Positions 57,089-64,000 of a stretch of DNA of 64,000 nucleotides are shown piece by piece; the first letter of the stretch is position 1, and each line of letters opens with the position of its first letter. The DNA comes from Oscillospiraceae bacterium (lineage in GTDB: Bacteria; Bacillota; Clostridia; Oscillospirales; CAG-272). Position numbers and translations under genes: made by a program. The stretch is from the NCBI GenBank assembly GCA_015063305.1, contig SVUJ01000002.1, forward strand, positions 67,388-131,387. The letters run 5' to 3'. Below the pieces are notes generated by a model. That model did no database searches. It had not been told where the DNA came from and saw only the letters and a list, made by a program, of their open reading frames with translations.

Positions 57089-58006
57089 GTGAGAAAGATA
57101 ATAAAAGCACCGCTCGGCTTTGAGGGCGGCGACGAGATGGCGCGCTTCGTTAACGGGTGTGAAAAGGAATTTGAAAAAAGACTTGGAGATACCGTAAGGT
57201 CTATAGGAGAGATAGAGGAGCTGAGGGTAATATCGCTTTGTGGTCCTACCTGTTCGGGAAAAACAACGGCGGCAAATAAGATAATATCCGAATTCAGAGA
57301 ACAGGGAAGACGGGTAAACGTAATATCAATAGACGATTTTTATTACGACAAGGAGATACTCAGAAAAAAGTCGCAGGAGCGCGGTGAGGACGGAATAGAT
57401 TACGATTCCGTGCAGACTATAGACCTGCCTCTGCTTTCTGAATTTGTTGAGAATATATTCAGCTCGAGCGAGCTTTACTGTCCCGTGTTCGATTTTAACA
57501 GCGGCGCTCGCACGTCCTACAGAAAGATAGAGTGCGGCGAGAACGATATATTCATCTTTGAGGGGATACAGGCGATATACCCAGAGGTCACCGAGCTTTT
57601 AGGAGCACACGGATATTGCAGTGTGTATATCTCTCCCCGAAGCGCGATATCCCTTGGGGATAGAGTGCTTGAGCCGAACGAGCTGAGATTGTTGAGAAGG
57701 ATAGTGCGAGACCGCAATTTCAGAAGCACGTCTGCTGAATTCACCTTCAGGATATGGGAGAGCGTGAGGGAGAATGAGGAAAACCACATATTCCCCTATG
57801 CCGACTCCTGTCTGTTTAACATAGATTCCACCTTTGCGTATGAGATAGGGATGCTCAGACCCTATCTTGAGACGGCGCTCGGCGAGATGGCAGAGGATAG
57901 CCTTTACCGCGCCGAGGCAGAGGAAATACTCGATACTATAAGATACGCCGAGCCGATACCCACAGAGCTTTTGAGTGAGAATTCGCTTTACAGGGAGTTT
58001 GTTTAA
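57089..58006 (+). CDS. Uridine kinase/phosphoribulokinase-family nucleoside kinase
   Basis: P-loop CGPTCSGKTT, SIDDFY motif, and IFEGI Walker-B-like. GTG start 57089 lies 7 nt after AAGGAG. The track start 57056 sits inside the upstream hairpin. Confidence 0.75.
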   Translation: MRKIIKAPLGFEGGDEMARFVNGCEKEFEKRLGDTVRSIGEIEELRVISLCGPTCSGKTTAANKIISEFREQGRRVNVISIDDFYYDKEILRKKSQERGEDGIDYDSVQTIDLPLLSEFVENIFSSSELYCPVFDFNSGARTSYRKIECGENDIFIFEGIQAIYPEVTELLGAHGYCSVYISPRSAISLGDRVLEPNELRLLRRIVRDRNFRSTSAEFTFRIWESVRENEENHIFPYADSCLFNIDSTFAYEIGMLRPYLETALGEMAEDSLYRAEAEEILDTIRYAEPIPTELLSENSLYREFV

Positions 58007-58089
58007 TAGCTGACATATCCTACCCGAGCTACATAAAAGTAATACTTTGTTTTTTTACTGAATAATATTAAAAAACAAGGTTTTAAGGG

Positions 58090-59748
58090 GTGGGAGCATT
58101 GAGAAATTCCGCTGAAGCGGCAGATAGAGAAAATGGCGGCAAGGGATTTATGTCGGGGGTTTTGGTGCTTTCGATATCTACCTTTGCGGTAAAGCTTATA
58201 GGACTTGCATATAAGATACCGATGATGGCGCTTTTGGGCGCTGAGGGTATGGGATATTTTAATTCGGCTTATGAGATATACGCGCTGTTGTGCGTTATAT
58301 CCACCGCGGGACTTCCCGTGGCGCTCTCAATGCTCGTTTCGGGGTGCGCCGAGAATAAAAACTATCTCAAAATGGCAAGGGTATACCGCACGGCTATGAC
58401 GGTGTTTGCGCTTTTGGGCGGCTTGGGAACGGCGTTTATGCTGATATTTGCCGAGCGCCTGTCGGCGTTTATCGAAAATCCCGATGCGGTGTGGTCTATA
58501 GCGGCTATAGCGCCCGCGCTGCTTTGCGTTTGTGTCGCAAGTGCGGTAAGGGGATATTTTCAAGGGCTGTGCAAAATGTCACCTACGGCTATCTCACAGC
58601 TCATAGAGGCGCTCGGCAAGCTTATACTCGGAGTCCTTTTCGCCCGCATAGCGCTTGACGCGGGATACGGTATTCCCGTTGCGGCGGCGCTCGCGATAGT
58701 GGGCATCAGCGCGGGAACGCTTCTCTCGGCGCTGTATCTGCTTGCGCTCAAGCTTTTGCATAACAGAAAAAATAAAGATATAATATCCGATAGCTCTTGC
58801 GAGGACGACCGAGAGAGGATAGCGGCAAAGCTTTTCAGGATAGCCATACCTATAACGCTCAGCTCGGCGGTGCTCGGCGTTACGAGAATAATAGATATGG
58901 CGCTTATAATGAGAAGGCTTCAGGATATAGGATACAGCACCGCGGGGGCAAACGCCGTCTACGGCTCGTATACCACGCTTGCCGTGCCTGTGTTCGGGCT
59001 TATCCCATCTCTCATAGCGCCTGTGGCGCTTGCGCTCGTTCCAAGGCTTTCGGCTCATATAGAGAGGGGATCGATCGAGGGACAGGCGGCTATAGTCAGC
59101 TCATCGTTGCGAATAACCGCGCTCTTTGCTATACCCGCGTCAATGGGAATTGCGCTGTATTCGCGAAATATTTTGGAGCTGCTCTTTGGGGACGAGGCAG
59201 AAGCGATATCCACAGCCGCGCCCTTGCTTGCGCTGCTTGGAATATCGATACTCTTCGCTTCGCTTATAACTACTACGAACGCGATACTTCAGTCGTATAT
59301 GAGAACGTCAAGGCCGATAATATCAATGGCAATAGGTGCTGCGGTCAAGGTGGTAAGCGCTTATATACTGATAGGAATACCCTCGGTGGGCGTTTACGGC
59401 GCGCCGATAAGTACGCTGCTTTGCAATATCACGGTCACAACGCTCAATATGTATTTCGTAAGCAGATATGCGCCCGAGGGTGACGGAGTTTTTAAGATAT
59501 ACGTAAGACCGTTCGCGGCGGCTTGTGTTATGATGATAGCATCGCTGGGAATATACAGCTTGGTTTTGTCATTCATAGAAAGCACGTCGGTAGCCTTCGT
59601 GGCGGCTATGGTAGCGGCTGTGGCGGTATACGGTCTTTTCACGCTCCTGTTTGGAGCGGTGAGTGAAGAGGATATACTTATGATGCCCTTCGGTGAGCGC
59701 ATCATAGCTGTGATAAAAAGAATAGGACTTTTAAAAACAAAAGAATAA
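58090..59748 (+). CDS. MOP/MurJ-superfamily flippase (YabM/SpoVB-like)
   Basis: About 14 TM. N-terminal KLIGLAYKIPMMALLGAEGMGYFNSAYEIY is typical of SpoVB/YabM. Positioned upstream of mazG, as yabM is in Bacillus. The exact start is uncertain (GTG 58090, TTG 58099 or ATG 58150). Confidence 0.8.
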   Translation: MGALRNSAEAADRENGGKGFMSGVLVLSISTFAVKLIGLAYKIPMMALLGAEGMGYFNSAYEIYALLCVISTAGLPVALSMLVSGCAENKNYLKMARVYRTAMTVFALLGGLGTAFMLIFAERLSAFIENPDAVWSIAAIAPALLCVCVASAVRGYFQGLCKMSPTAISQLIEALGKLILGVLFARIALDAGYGIPVAAALAIVGISAGTLLSALYLLALKLLHNRKNKDIISDSSCEDDRERIAAKLFRIAIPITLSSAVLGVTRIIDMALIMRRLQDIGYSTAGANAVYGSYTTLAVPVFGLIPSLIAPVALALVPRLSAHIERGSIEGQAAIVSSSLRITALFAIPASMGIALYSRNILELLFGDEAEAISTAAPLLALLGISILFASLITTTNAILQSYMRTSRPIISMAIGAAVKVVSAYILIGIPSVGVYGAPISTLLCNITVTTLNMYFVSRYAPEGDGVFKIYVRPFAAACVMMIASLGIYSLVLSFIESTSVAFVAAMVAAVAVYGLFTLLFGAVSEEDILMMPFGERIIAVIKRIGLLKTKE

Positions 59749-59771
59749 AGGACTTATGAAAGGAAGAAAAA

Positions 59772-60578
59772 ATGACGGTAAAGGAAAGCGCCGCTGCACT
59801 TGCGGCAAAGGGAAGGTATGATTTTGAGGATCTTGTAGAGATCGTTACAATACTCCGCTCGGAGGACGGCTGTCCGTGGGACAGAGAGCAGGATCACCGC
59901 AGTATAAGAGAGGATCTTATAGAGGAGACTTATGAGGTGATAGAGGCGATAGATACCGAAGACCCCAAGCTGCTTCGCGAGGAGCTTGGCGACCTTATGC
60001 TTCAGGTGGTATTTCACACGCGGATAGAGCAGGAGGAGGGAAGATTTGATATAAATGATGTGGCGAATGACATATGCGCTAAGCTCATACACCGCCATCC
60101 GCACGTTTTCGGAGATATATCGGTGAACGGTACTTCCGAGGTGCTCTCAAATTGGGAGAAGATAAAGAGCGACGAGAAGGAAAGAAGGACGGTGACCGAT
60201 AAGCTCCGTTCTATCCCCCCGATGCTTCCCGCACTTATGAGAGCCACAAAGGTCGGCAAGAAGGCGTCTTGCTTTGATTTTGGCGACGCATCTGCGGTGA
60301 TGGACAAGGTAGCCGAGGAGATGGTTGAAGTGAGCGAGGCTATTGAGCAGGGAGATAGTGAGCATATAAAAGAGGAGATCGGAGATCTGTTGCTCACCAT
60401 AACCTCGCTATGCCGTAAGCTCGGCATCAGCGCCGAGGAGGCGCTCGGCTGTGCCACCGACAAGTTTATAAACCGATTTGAGTGCATAGAGCAGAGGGTA
60501 ATATCCGAGGGAAAGGATATAAATTCTATGGAGATGGCAGAGCTTGATGCTATTTGGGAGCAAATCAAGCAAAAATAG
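59772..60578 (+). CDS. mazG: Nucleoside triphosphate pyrophosphohydrolase MazG (YabN-like)
   Basis: Tandem MazG domains with CPWDREQ and EExxE..D motifs (EETYEVIEAID, EEMVEVSEAIE). Confidence 0.92.
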   Translation: MTVKESAAALAAKGRYDFEDLVEIVTILRSEDGCPWDREQDHRSIREDLIEETYEVIEAIDTEDPKLLREELGDLMLQVVFHTRIEQEEGRFDINDVANDICAKLIHRHPHVFGDISVNGTSEVLSNWEKIKSDEKERRTVTDKLRSIPPMLPALMRATKVGKKASCFDFGDASAVMDKVAEEMVEVSEAIEQGDSEHIKEEIGDLLLTITSLCRKLGISAEEALGCATDKFINRFECIEQRVISEGKDINSMEMAELDAIWEQIKQK

Positions 60579-60620
60579 TATCAATTTTATAAATTTTTTG
60601 GAGAAATAGTCAAAAAACCC

Positions 60621-60649
60621 TTGAAATGTACTAATTTATATGGTATAAT
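60621..60649 (+). promoter_or_regulatory. Sigma-A-type promoter (extended -10) for hup
   Basis: TTGAAA (60621-60626), 17-nt spacer, TGgTATAAT (-10 at 60644-60649). Confidence 0.65.
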
Positions 60650-60712
60650 TGTTGATGTAAATCTATGTTGGACCGAATTCCGACAAATAAAGTAAAGGAA
60701 GGTATGAAAATC

Positions 60713-60985
60713 ATGAACAAGACACAGTTTATCGAAGCGATCGCAGCTAAGGCAGATATCAAGAAGAAAGACGCAGAAGCAGCAGTTAACGCAATGACCG
60801 AGGTTATTGCAGAGGCTCTTAAGGCAGGAGAGAAGATCCAGCTCGTTGGATTTGGAACTTTCGAGGCTAAGGAAAGAGCAGCAAGAGACGGACGTAACCC
60901 CAGAACAGGCGAGACCATAAAGATAGCAGCTTCCAAGTGCCCCACCTTCTCCGCAGGTAAGGGTCTTAAGGACGCAATAAACTAA
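60713..60985 (+). CDS. hup: DNA-binding protein HU
   Basis: MNKTQFIEAIA...GFGTFEAKERAARDGRNPRTGETIKIAASK is canonical HU. The ATG at 60713 is spaced correctly from the RBS ggaagg. Confidence 0.96.
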   Translation: MNKTQFIEAIAAKADIKKKDAEAAVNAMTEVIAEALKAGEKIQLVGFGTFEAKERAARDGRNPRTGETIKIAASKCPTFSAGKGLKDAIN

Positions 60986-61010
60986 TAAGCAAAGTAATAA
61001 GCGAAACATA

Positions 61011-61042
61011 GGCGGCAAGATAGCTTGCCGCCTCTTGTTTTT
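61011..61042 (+). terminator. Intrinsic terminator after hup
   Basis: ggcggcaag / cttgccgcc 9-bp stem with a 4-nt loop, then cttgttttt. Confidence 0.8.
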
Positions 61043-61059
61043 GATGAAAGGAGAGCCGT

Positions 61060-61302
61060 ATGAGGCTTGATAAATATCTCAAGGTATCAAGAATAATAAA
61101 AAGGCGAACGGTTGCGAACGATGCTTGCGATGCCGCGCATATAAGCGTTAACGGCAGGGTTGCCAAGGCGTCCTATGACGTCAAGGAGGGCGACGTTCTT
61201 GAGATAAGCTTCGGTCAGAGGCAGCTCAAGGTAAGGGTGGTAAGCGTTAAGGACAGCGTTGCCAAGGCAGATGCCGCGTCAATGTATGAGATAATCGAAT
61301 AA
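61060..61302 (+). CDS. S4-domain RNA-binding protein (YabO/RqcP-like)
   Basis: 80 aa. [17 protein letters not shown]......V.VNG S4 motif. Conserved position before yabP. Confidence 0.88.
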   Translation: MRLDKYLKVSRIIKRRTVANDACDAAHISVNGRVAKASYDVKEGDVLEISFGQRQLKVRVVSVKDSVAKADAASMYEIIE

Positions 61303-61311
61303 ATAAGAGTG

Positions 61312-61355
61312 TATCCGCATATTCATTGTAGTGATGAATATGCGGATATGTTTTT
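61312..61355 (+). terminator. Intrinsic terminator after the S4-domain gene
   Basis: tatccgcatattcat / atgaatatgcggata 15-bp perfect stem with a 7-nt loop, then tgttttt. Confidence 0.8.
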
Positions 61356-61364
61356 GGAGGTACT

Positions 61365-61643
61365 ATGAATACTGTTAAAGACGGACAGATACACGATATA
61401 AGCCTTAATATGCGTAAGCATATGGATATAACGGGAGTTCGGGACGTGGTAAGCTTTGACGAGCAGAGCGTGATACTCACGACCGTCTGCGGAGAGATGA
61501 CGGTGGAGGGAAGAGATATAAAGATAGGAGTGCTTGACACAGACCGGGGGATAGTGTCGCTTGACGGCAAGGTGGACGCGGTGTTTTACAGTAACAGCGA
61601 TGAGAACAAAAGACAAGGGCTCTTTGGAAAGCTGCTCAAATAA
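61365..61643 (+). CDS. yabP: Sporulation protein YabP
   Basis: 92 aa. Motif pattern L.....ITGV..V.SFD...V.L.T..G.L.V.G..L is typical of YabP. Followed by yabQ with a TAATG overlap. Confidence 0.88.
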   Translation: MNTVKDGQIHDISLNMRKHMDITGVRDVVSFDEQSVILTTVCGEMTVEGRDIKIGVLDTDRGIVSLDGKVDAVFYSNSDENKRQGLFGKLLK

Positions 61644-62248
61644 TGGAAATATCACCGTATATGCTGTTTTTGCTGCTGGTCTATTCCTTTTTGTTTGGAA
61701 TGGTATCGGGAGCATTTAACGACGTCAATAGGATAACAAGAGCGATCTTGGGGGTGAGATATCCCTCGCGCAGCTTTGAGCGGCTCTATTCTGTGAAGCT
61801 GCCCTTTGTCGGCGCGCTTGCGGATAAAAGAAAAGAAGGCAAACTCAAAAGGGGAGTGCTTTCGGCTATAATATTTATTCAGGATATCTTGCTTTTCGCC
61901 TTTATGGGGTGCGGAACGGCTATTCTGAATTATTATCTGAACAGAGGACAGCTCAGGCTCTACACTATCGTGGCGGTGGCGGCGGGCTTTGCGGTCTACT
62001 ATTTTACGCTTGGCAGGTTGGTTATATTTCTTTCGCAGGGTATTGTTTTTTTGCTCAGGGCGGTATTCGGTATAGCTGTTTATATTATCTCCCGACCTTT
62101 TATATGGATATTCTCGTTTGTGAAGCGGGTGGTAGTTGATTGCTATAAAAAAATTTCCGATGCTATTGCAAAAAAGAAGATCATCAGTTATAATAAAAAA
62201 AGAAGGGCGGAGCTTTTGGCTCTGGCGCAAAAAGGATTTATTGAGTAG
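61643..62248 (+). CDS. yabQ: Spore cortex biosynthesis protein YabQ
   Basis: 201 aa with about 4-5 TM segments. Called on its position between yabP and divIC. Confidence 0.75.
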   Translation: MEISPYMLFLLLVYSFLFGMVSGAFNDVNRITRAILGVRYPSRSFERLYSVKLPFVGALADKRKEGKLKRGVLSAIIFIQDILLFAFMGCGTAILNYYLNRGQLRLYTIVAVAAGFAVYYFTLGRLVIFLSQGIVFLLRAVFGIAVYIISRPFIWIFSFVKRVVVDCYKKISDAIAKKKIISYNKKRRAELLALAQKGFIE

Positions 62249-62265
62249 CTCGGAGGAATGTGAAA

Positions 62266-62568
62266 ATGGGGTCTGAAAAATACTTTATTGGCAAGAATAC
62301 CGTTGCCGCATCGCTCATAAAGGCGTTCATAGCGCTTCTGTTCGTTTTCTCCGTGGTGTTTTTTATATGGAGCGTGATGCAATATAACAAGACTATGGAA
62401 GACAAGGCTGAAAAGGAAGCCTATATAGAAGAGCTCAAGGAGGAGATAGAGGAGCTTGAGTACCTTGTGGAAATGCCTCTTGACGATGACTACAAGATAA
62501 GGATAGCCCGAGAGAAGCTTGGAATGTGTTTCCCTGATGAGATAATCTTTTATACCGACCTTGATTGA
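62266..62568 (+). CDS. divIC: Septum formation initiator (DivIC/FtsB family)
   Basis: Single TM, coiled coil (EELKEEIEELE), and the C-terminal IRIAREKLGM motif. ATG 62266 lies 9 nt after GGAGG. Confidence 0.85.
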   Translation: MGSEKYFIGKNTVAASLIKAFIALLFVFSVVFFIWSVMQYNKTMEDKAEKEAYIEELKEEIEELEYLVEMPLDDDYKIRIAREKLGMCFPDEIIFYTDLD

Positions 62569-62614
62569 TGAAATAAATCTTTAATGGAATGTTGAATTTT
62601 ATTATCTAAAAATC

Positions 62615-62639
62615 GTAGGGGAGGGGCTTGCTCCTCCCG
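62615..62639 (+). repeat. REP-like hairpin 1 (GTAG head); probably also the divIC terminator
   Basis: GTAGGGGAGGGGCTTGCTCCTCCCG is GTAG + an 8-bp stem (gggagggg/ctcctccc) with a CTTG loop + G, followed by ttttt. Confidence 0.65.
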
Positions 62640-62657
62640 TTTTTATTGCTGTATTTG

Positions 62658-62682
62658 CGGGAGCACCAAGACACTCCCCTAC
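62658..62682 (-). repeat. REP-like hairpin 2, inverted partner of 62615-62639 (REPIN-like doublet)
   Basis: The reverse complement GTAGGGGAGTGTCTTGGTGCTCCCG matches hairpin 1 at 21/25. The four differences fall on two stem base pairs. The spacer is 18 nt. Confidence 0.6.
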
Positions 62683-62704
62683 CAACACCGCGTGTTTTAT
62701 AATA

Positions 62705-62747
62705 CAAAAAGGTCGACCCTACGCTTGGCGTAGAGTCGACTTTTTTA
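62705..62747. terminator. Bidirectional terminator between divIC and the HPr-like gene, built from GTAG(G/A)GTCGAC half-sites
   Basis: gtcgaccctacgc / gcgtagagtcgac 13-bp stem (1 mismatch) with a ttg loop, flanked by caaaaa and tttttt. Confidence 0.75.
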
Positions 62748-62764
62748 GATGATAGAATGTATTA

Positions 62765-63007
62765 TCATTCTGCGATAAACTTTTCAAATTCGCTGTAATG
62801 GTCCTGCTCCATAACGATCTTAAGATCGCTCCAGTTGAGCTTCTTTGCAAGAAGCACACCGAGCAGACTCTTTGCGTTTACAGAGAATTTTGAACCGCTG
62901 CGAAGAACGATCTTACCCTGAAGTCTGCCTGCGATAGCAACGATTTTTTTAGCATCTTCCATGGTATCTATCTCTATTTTGTATTCGTAATTACCTTTAA
63001 AAGCCAT
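62765..63007 (-). CDS. HPr-domain protein lacking the His15 phosphorylation site (Crh-like)
   Basis: 80 aa. FSVNAKSLLGVL matches the HPr Ser46 region (K-S-I/L-x-G-V). The position equivalent to GIHARPA reads DTMEDAK. ATG 63007 lies 9 nt after AAAGGA. Confidence 0.65.
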   Translation of the reverse strand: MAFKGNYEYKIEIDTMEDAKKIVAIAGRLQGKIVLRSGSKFSVNAKSLLGVLLAKKLNWSDLKIVMEQDHYSEFEKFIAE

Positions 63008-63172
63008 TTTGAACGGTCCTTTCAATAAAACTCAATAATGATCGCATTTAAAAATGTACCGACCTTCTCTGTGGCTATATTCTAACACCAATTTAAAAAC
63101 AAATCATACATATATTGTTAACATTATGTGAACTTGGATGATTTTTTTGTATTTGTTGCTCAAAATCAAGGT

Positions 63173-63940
63173 TTAATTATTGTTAGAATTGCCCGATTGT
63201 TCTTTTTTGTCGGAATTCTTCTTTCTTTGAATTACAAATGTGTATACAAGATATCCAGACAGGCTGATCACCCCCGATACTATGAAAGCTATAAGCGCAA
63301 AGGTGAATTTGTCGCTTCCAAGCGCGTGCCCGCCTATGGTGGACATTATGATAGAAGGAAGCCTTGCTATAGTGGATATAAGTATGTATAGCGGTATGCT
63401 CATTTCGGTGAGCCCGATAATGTAGGTTATAAGGTCCTTAGGTGTTCCGGGGATCAGAAATAGCAGGGCAGTGAACACGTTTCTCTTTTTAGGGTCGTTT
63501 ATAATGGGTAAAGATTCAAGCTTTTCTCTGGGGTAGAGCGACTCAACGAAGCGTCTTCCGAATTTTCTGGCTATCGTAAGCACGATAACACTTCCGAGAG
63601 TTATTCCCGCAAGGCAGATAAGAGCTCCGGGAACAGCGCCGAAGGCATAGCCCGAGGCTATCTCAACAAGCTCTCCCGGGATCAGCGCCACTATGACCTG
63701 AACGGCGCATATAAATATCAGGAGGAAAACGCTTAATATGTAATTTTCGTCAACGAAAGCCTTGAATGCGTCGGTATCCGAAAAGTTTGCTTTCAGGAAA
63801 ATAAATCCTATAACGGCAAGAATACAGGAAAGCACGGAAAAGGCGGTCAGTACTATTGCCGAAACCTTTTTGGGGTAATGCTTTACCTCGGTGAGTTCTT
63901 TATCCTTGAATAGCTTCTTTGCTTTTTCTTTTTTGTTCAT
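63173..63940 (-). CDS. TVP38/TMEM64 (VTT-domain, DedA-related) membrane protein
   Basis: 255 aa, polytopic. LIPGELVEIASGYAFG and LIPGTPKDLITYIIGLT motifs are typical of TVP38/TMEM64. Confidence 0.82.
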   Translation of the reverse strand: MNKKEKAKKLFKDKELTEVKHYPKKVSAIVLTAFSVLSCILAVIGFIFLKANFSDTDAFKAFVDENYILSVFLLIFICAVQVIVALIPGELVEIASGYAFGAVPGALICLAGITLGSVIVLTIARKFGRRFVESLYPREKLESLPIINDPKKRNVFTALLFLIPGTPKDLITYIIGLTEMSIPLYILISTIARLPSIIMSTIGGHALGSDKFTFALIAFIVSGVISLSGYLVYTFVIQRKKNSDKKEQSGNSNNN

Positions 63941-64000
63941 TAAATTTAACCATCCTAATTTTTTACGACAATATCAGACATAAGAATTATATCACATTTT

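Noticed and set aside
1-64000. Looked for CRISPR arrays, tRNA/rRNA genes, integrases, phage or conjugation genes, toxin-antitoxin pairs and known defence-system genes.
   Set aside because: None was recognisable by eye. Intergenic gaps are short and are explained by promoters, terminators or the repeats reported. A computational scan (tRNAscan, Infernal, defence-system profile searches) would be needed to exclude small ncRNAs.

Overview
The window is about 90% coding, with roughly 60 CDS. It looks like core chromosome of a spore-forming Bacillota (Clostridia-type) organism. The synteny blocks are classic housekeeping ones:
- trmFO / plsX-rnc-radical SAM-smc-ftsY-rdgB-yhbY-nadD-yqeK-LCP-rsfS-leuS
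- hisS-GNAT-DJ1-MTHFS-CPBP-spoIIR on the minus strand
- addB-addA
- cdaA-cdaR
- recJ-relA-dtd-hemZ
- yabM-mazG-hup-yabO-yabP-yabQ-divIC

I saw no rRNA, tRNA, CRISPR array, prophage or recognisable defence genes.

The one clearly accessory spot is a low-GC two-gene islet at about 23.1-24.4 kb, bounded by terminators. It carries an IS200/RAYT-type HUH-tyrosine transposase plus an unrecognisable 223-aa ORF.

The most interesting signal is inside that transposase gene. A perfect 29-bp inverted repeat brackets the HUH-coding segment, and each arm is a GTAG-headed, REP-like GC-rich hairpin. The same GTAGGGG...CCCG architecture recurs as an inverted doublet about 39 kb away (62615-62682), with a degenerate copy just 3' of the transposase stop. 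This suggests a REP/REPIN-like system whose element is embedded in its own transposase ORF.

Other points worth a look:
- a J-domain protein with a eukaryotic-CSP-like cysteine string, in a DUF5685-like / membrane-protein cluster
- a second composite palindromic element at 44.46-44.59 kb
- a His15-less HPr-like protein
- a cdaA-cdaR operon followed by an FAD protein rather than glmM

All calls come from reading the sequence and from recalled family motifs. No searches were run. Hairpin and promoter coordinates were indexed by hand and may be off by 1-2 nt.
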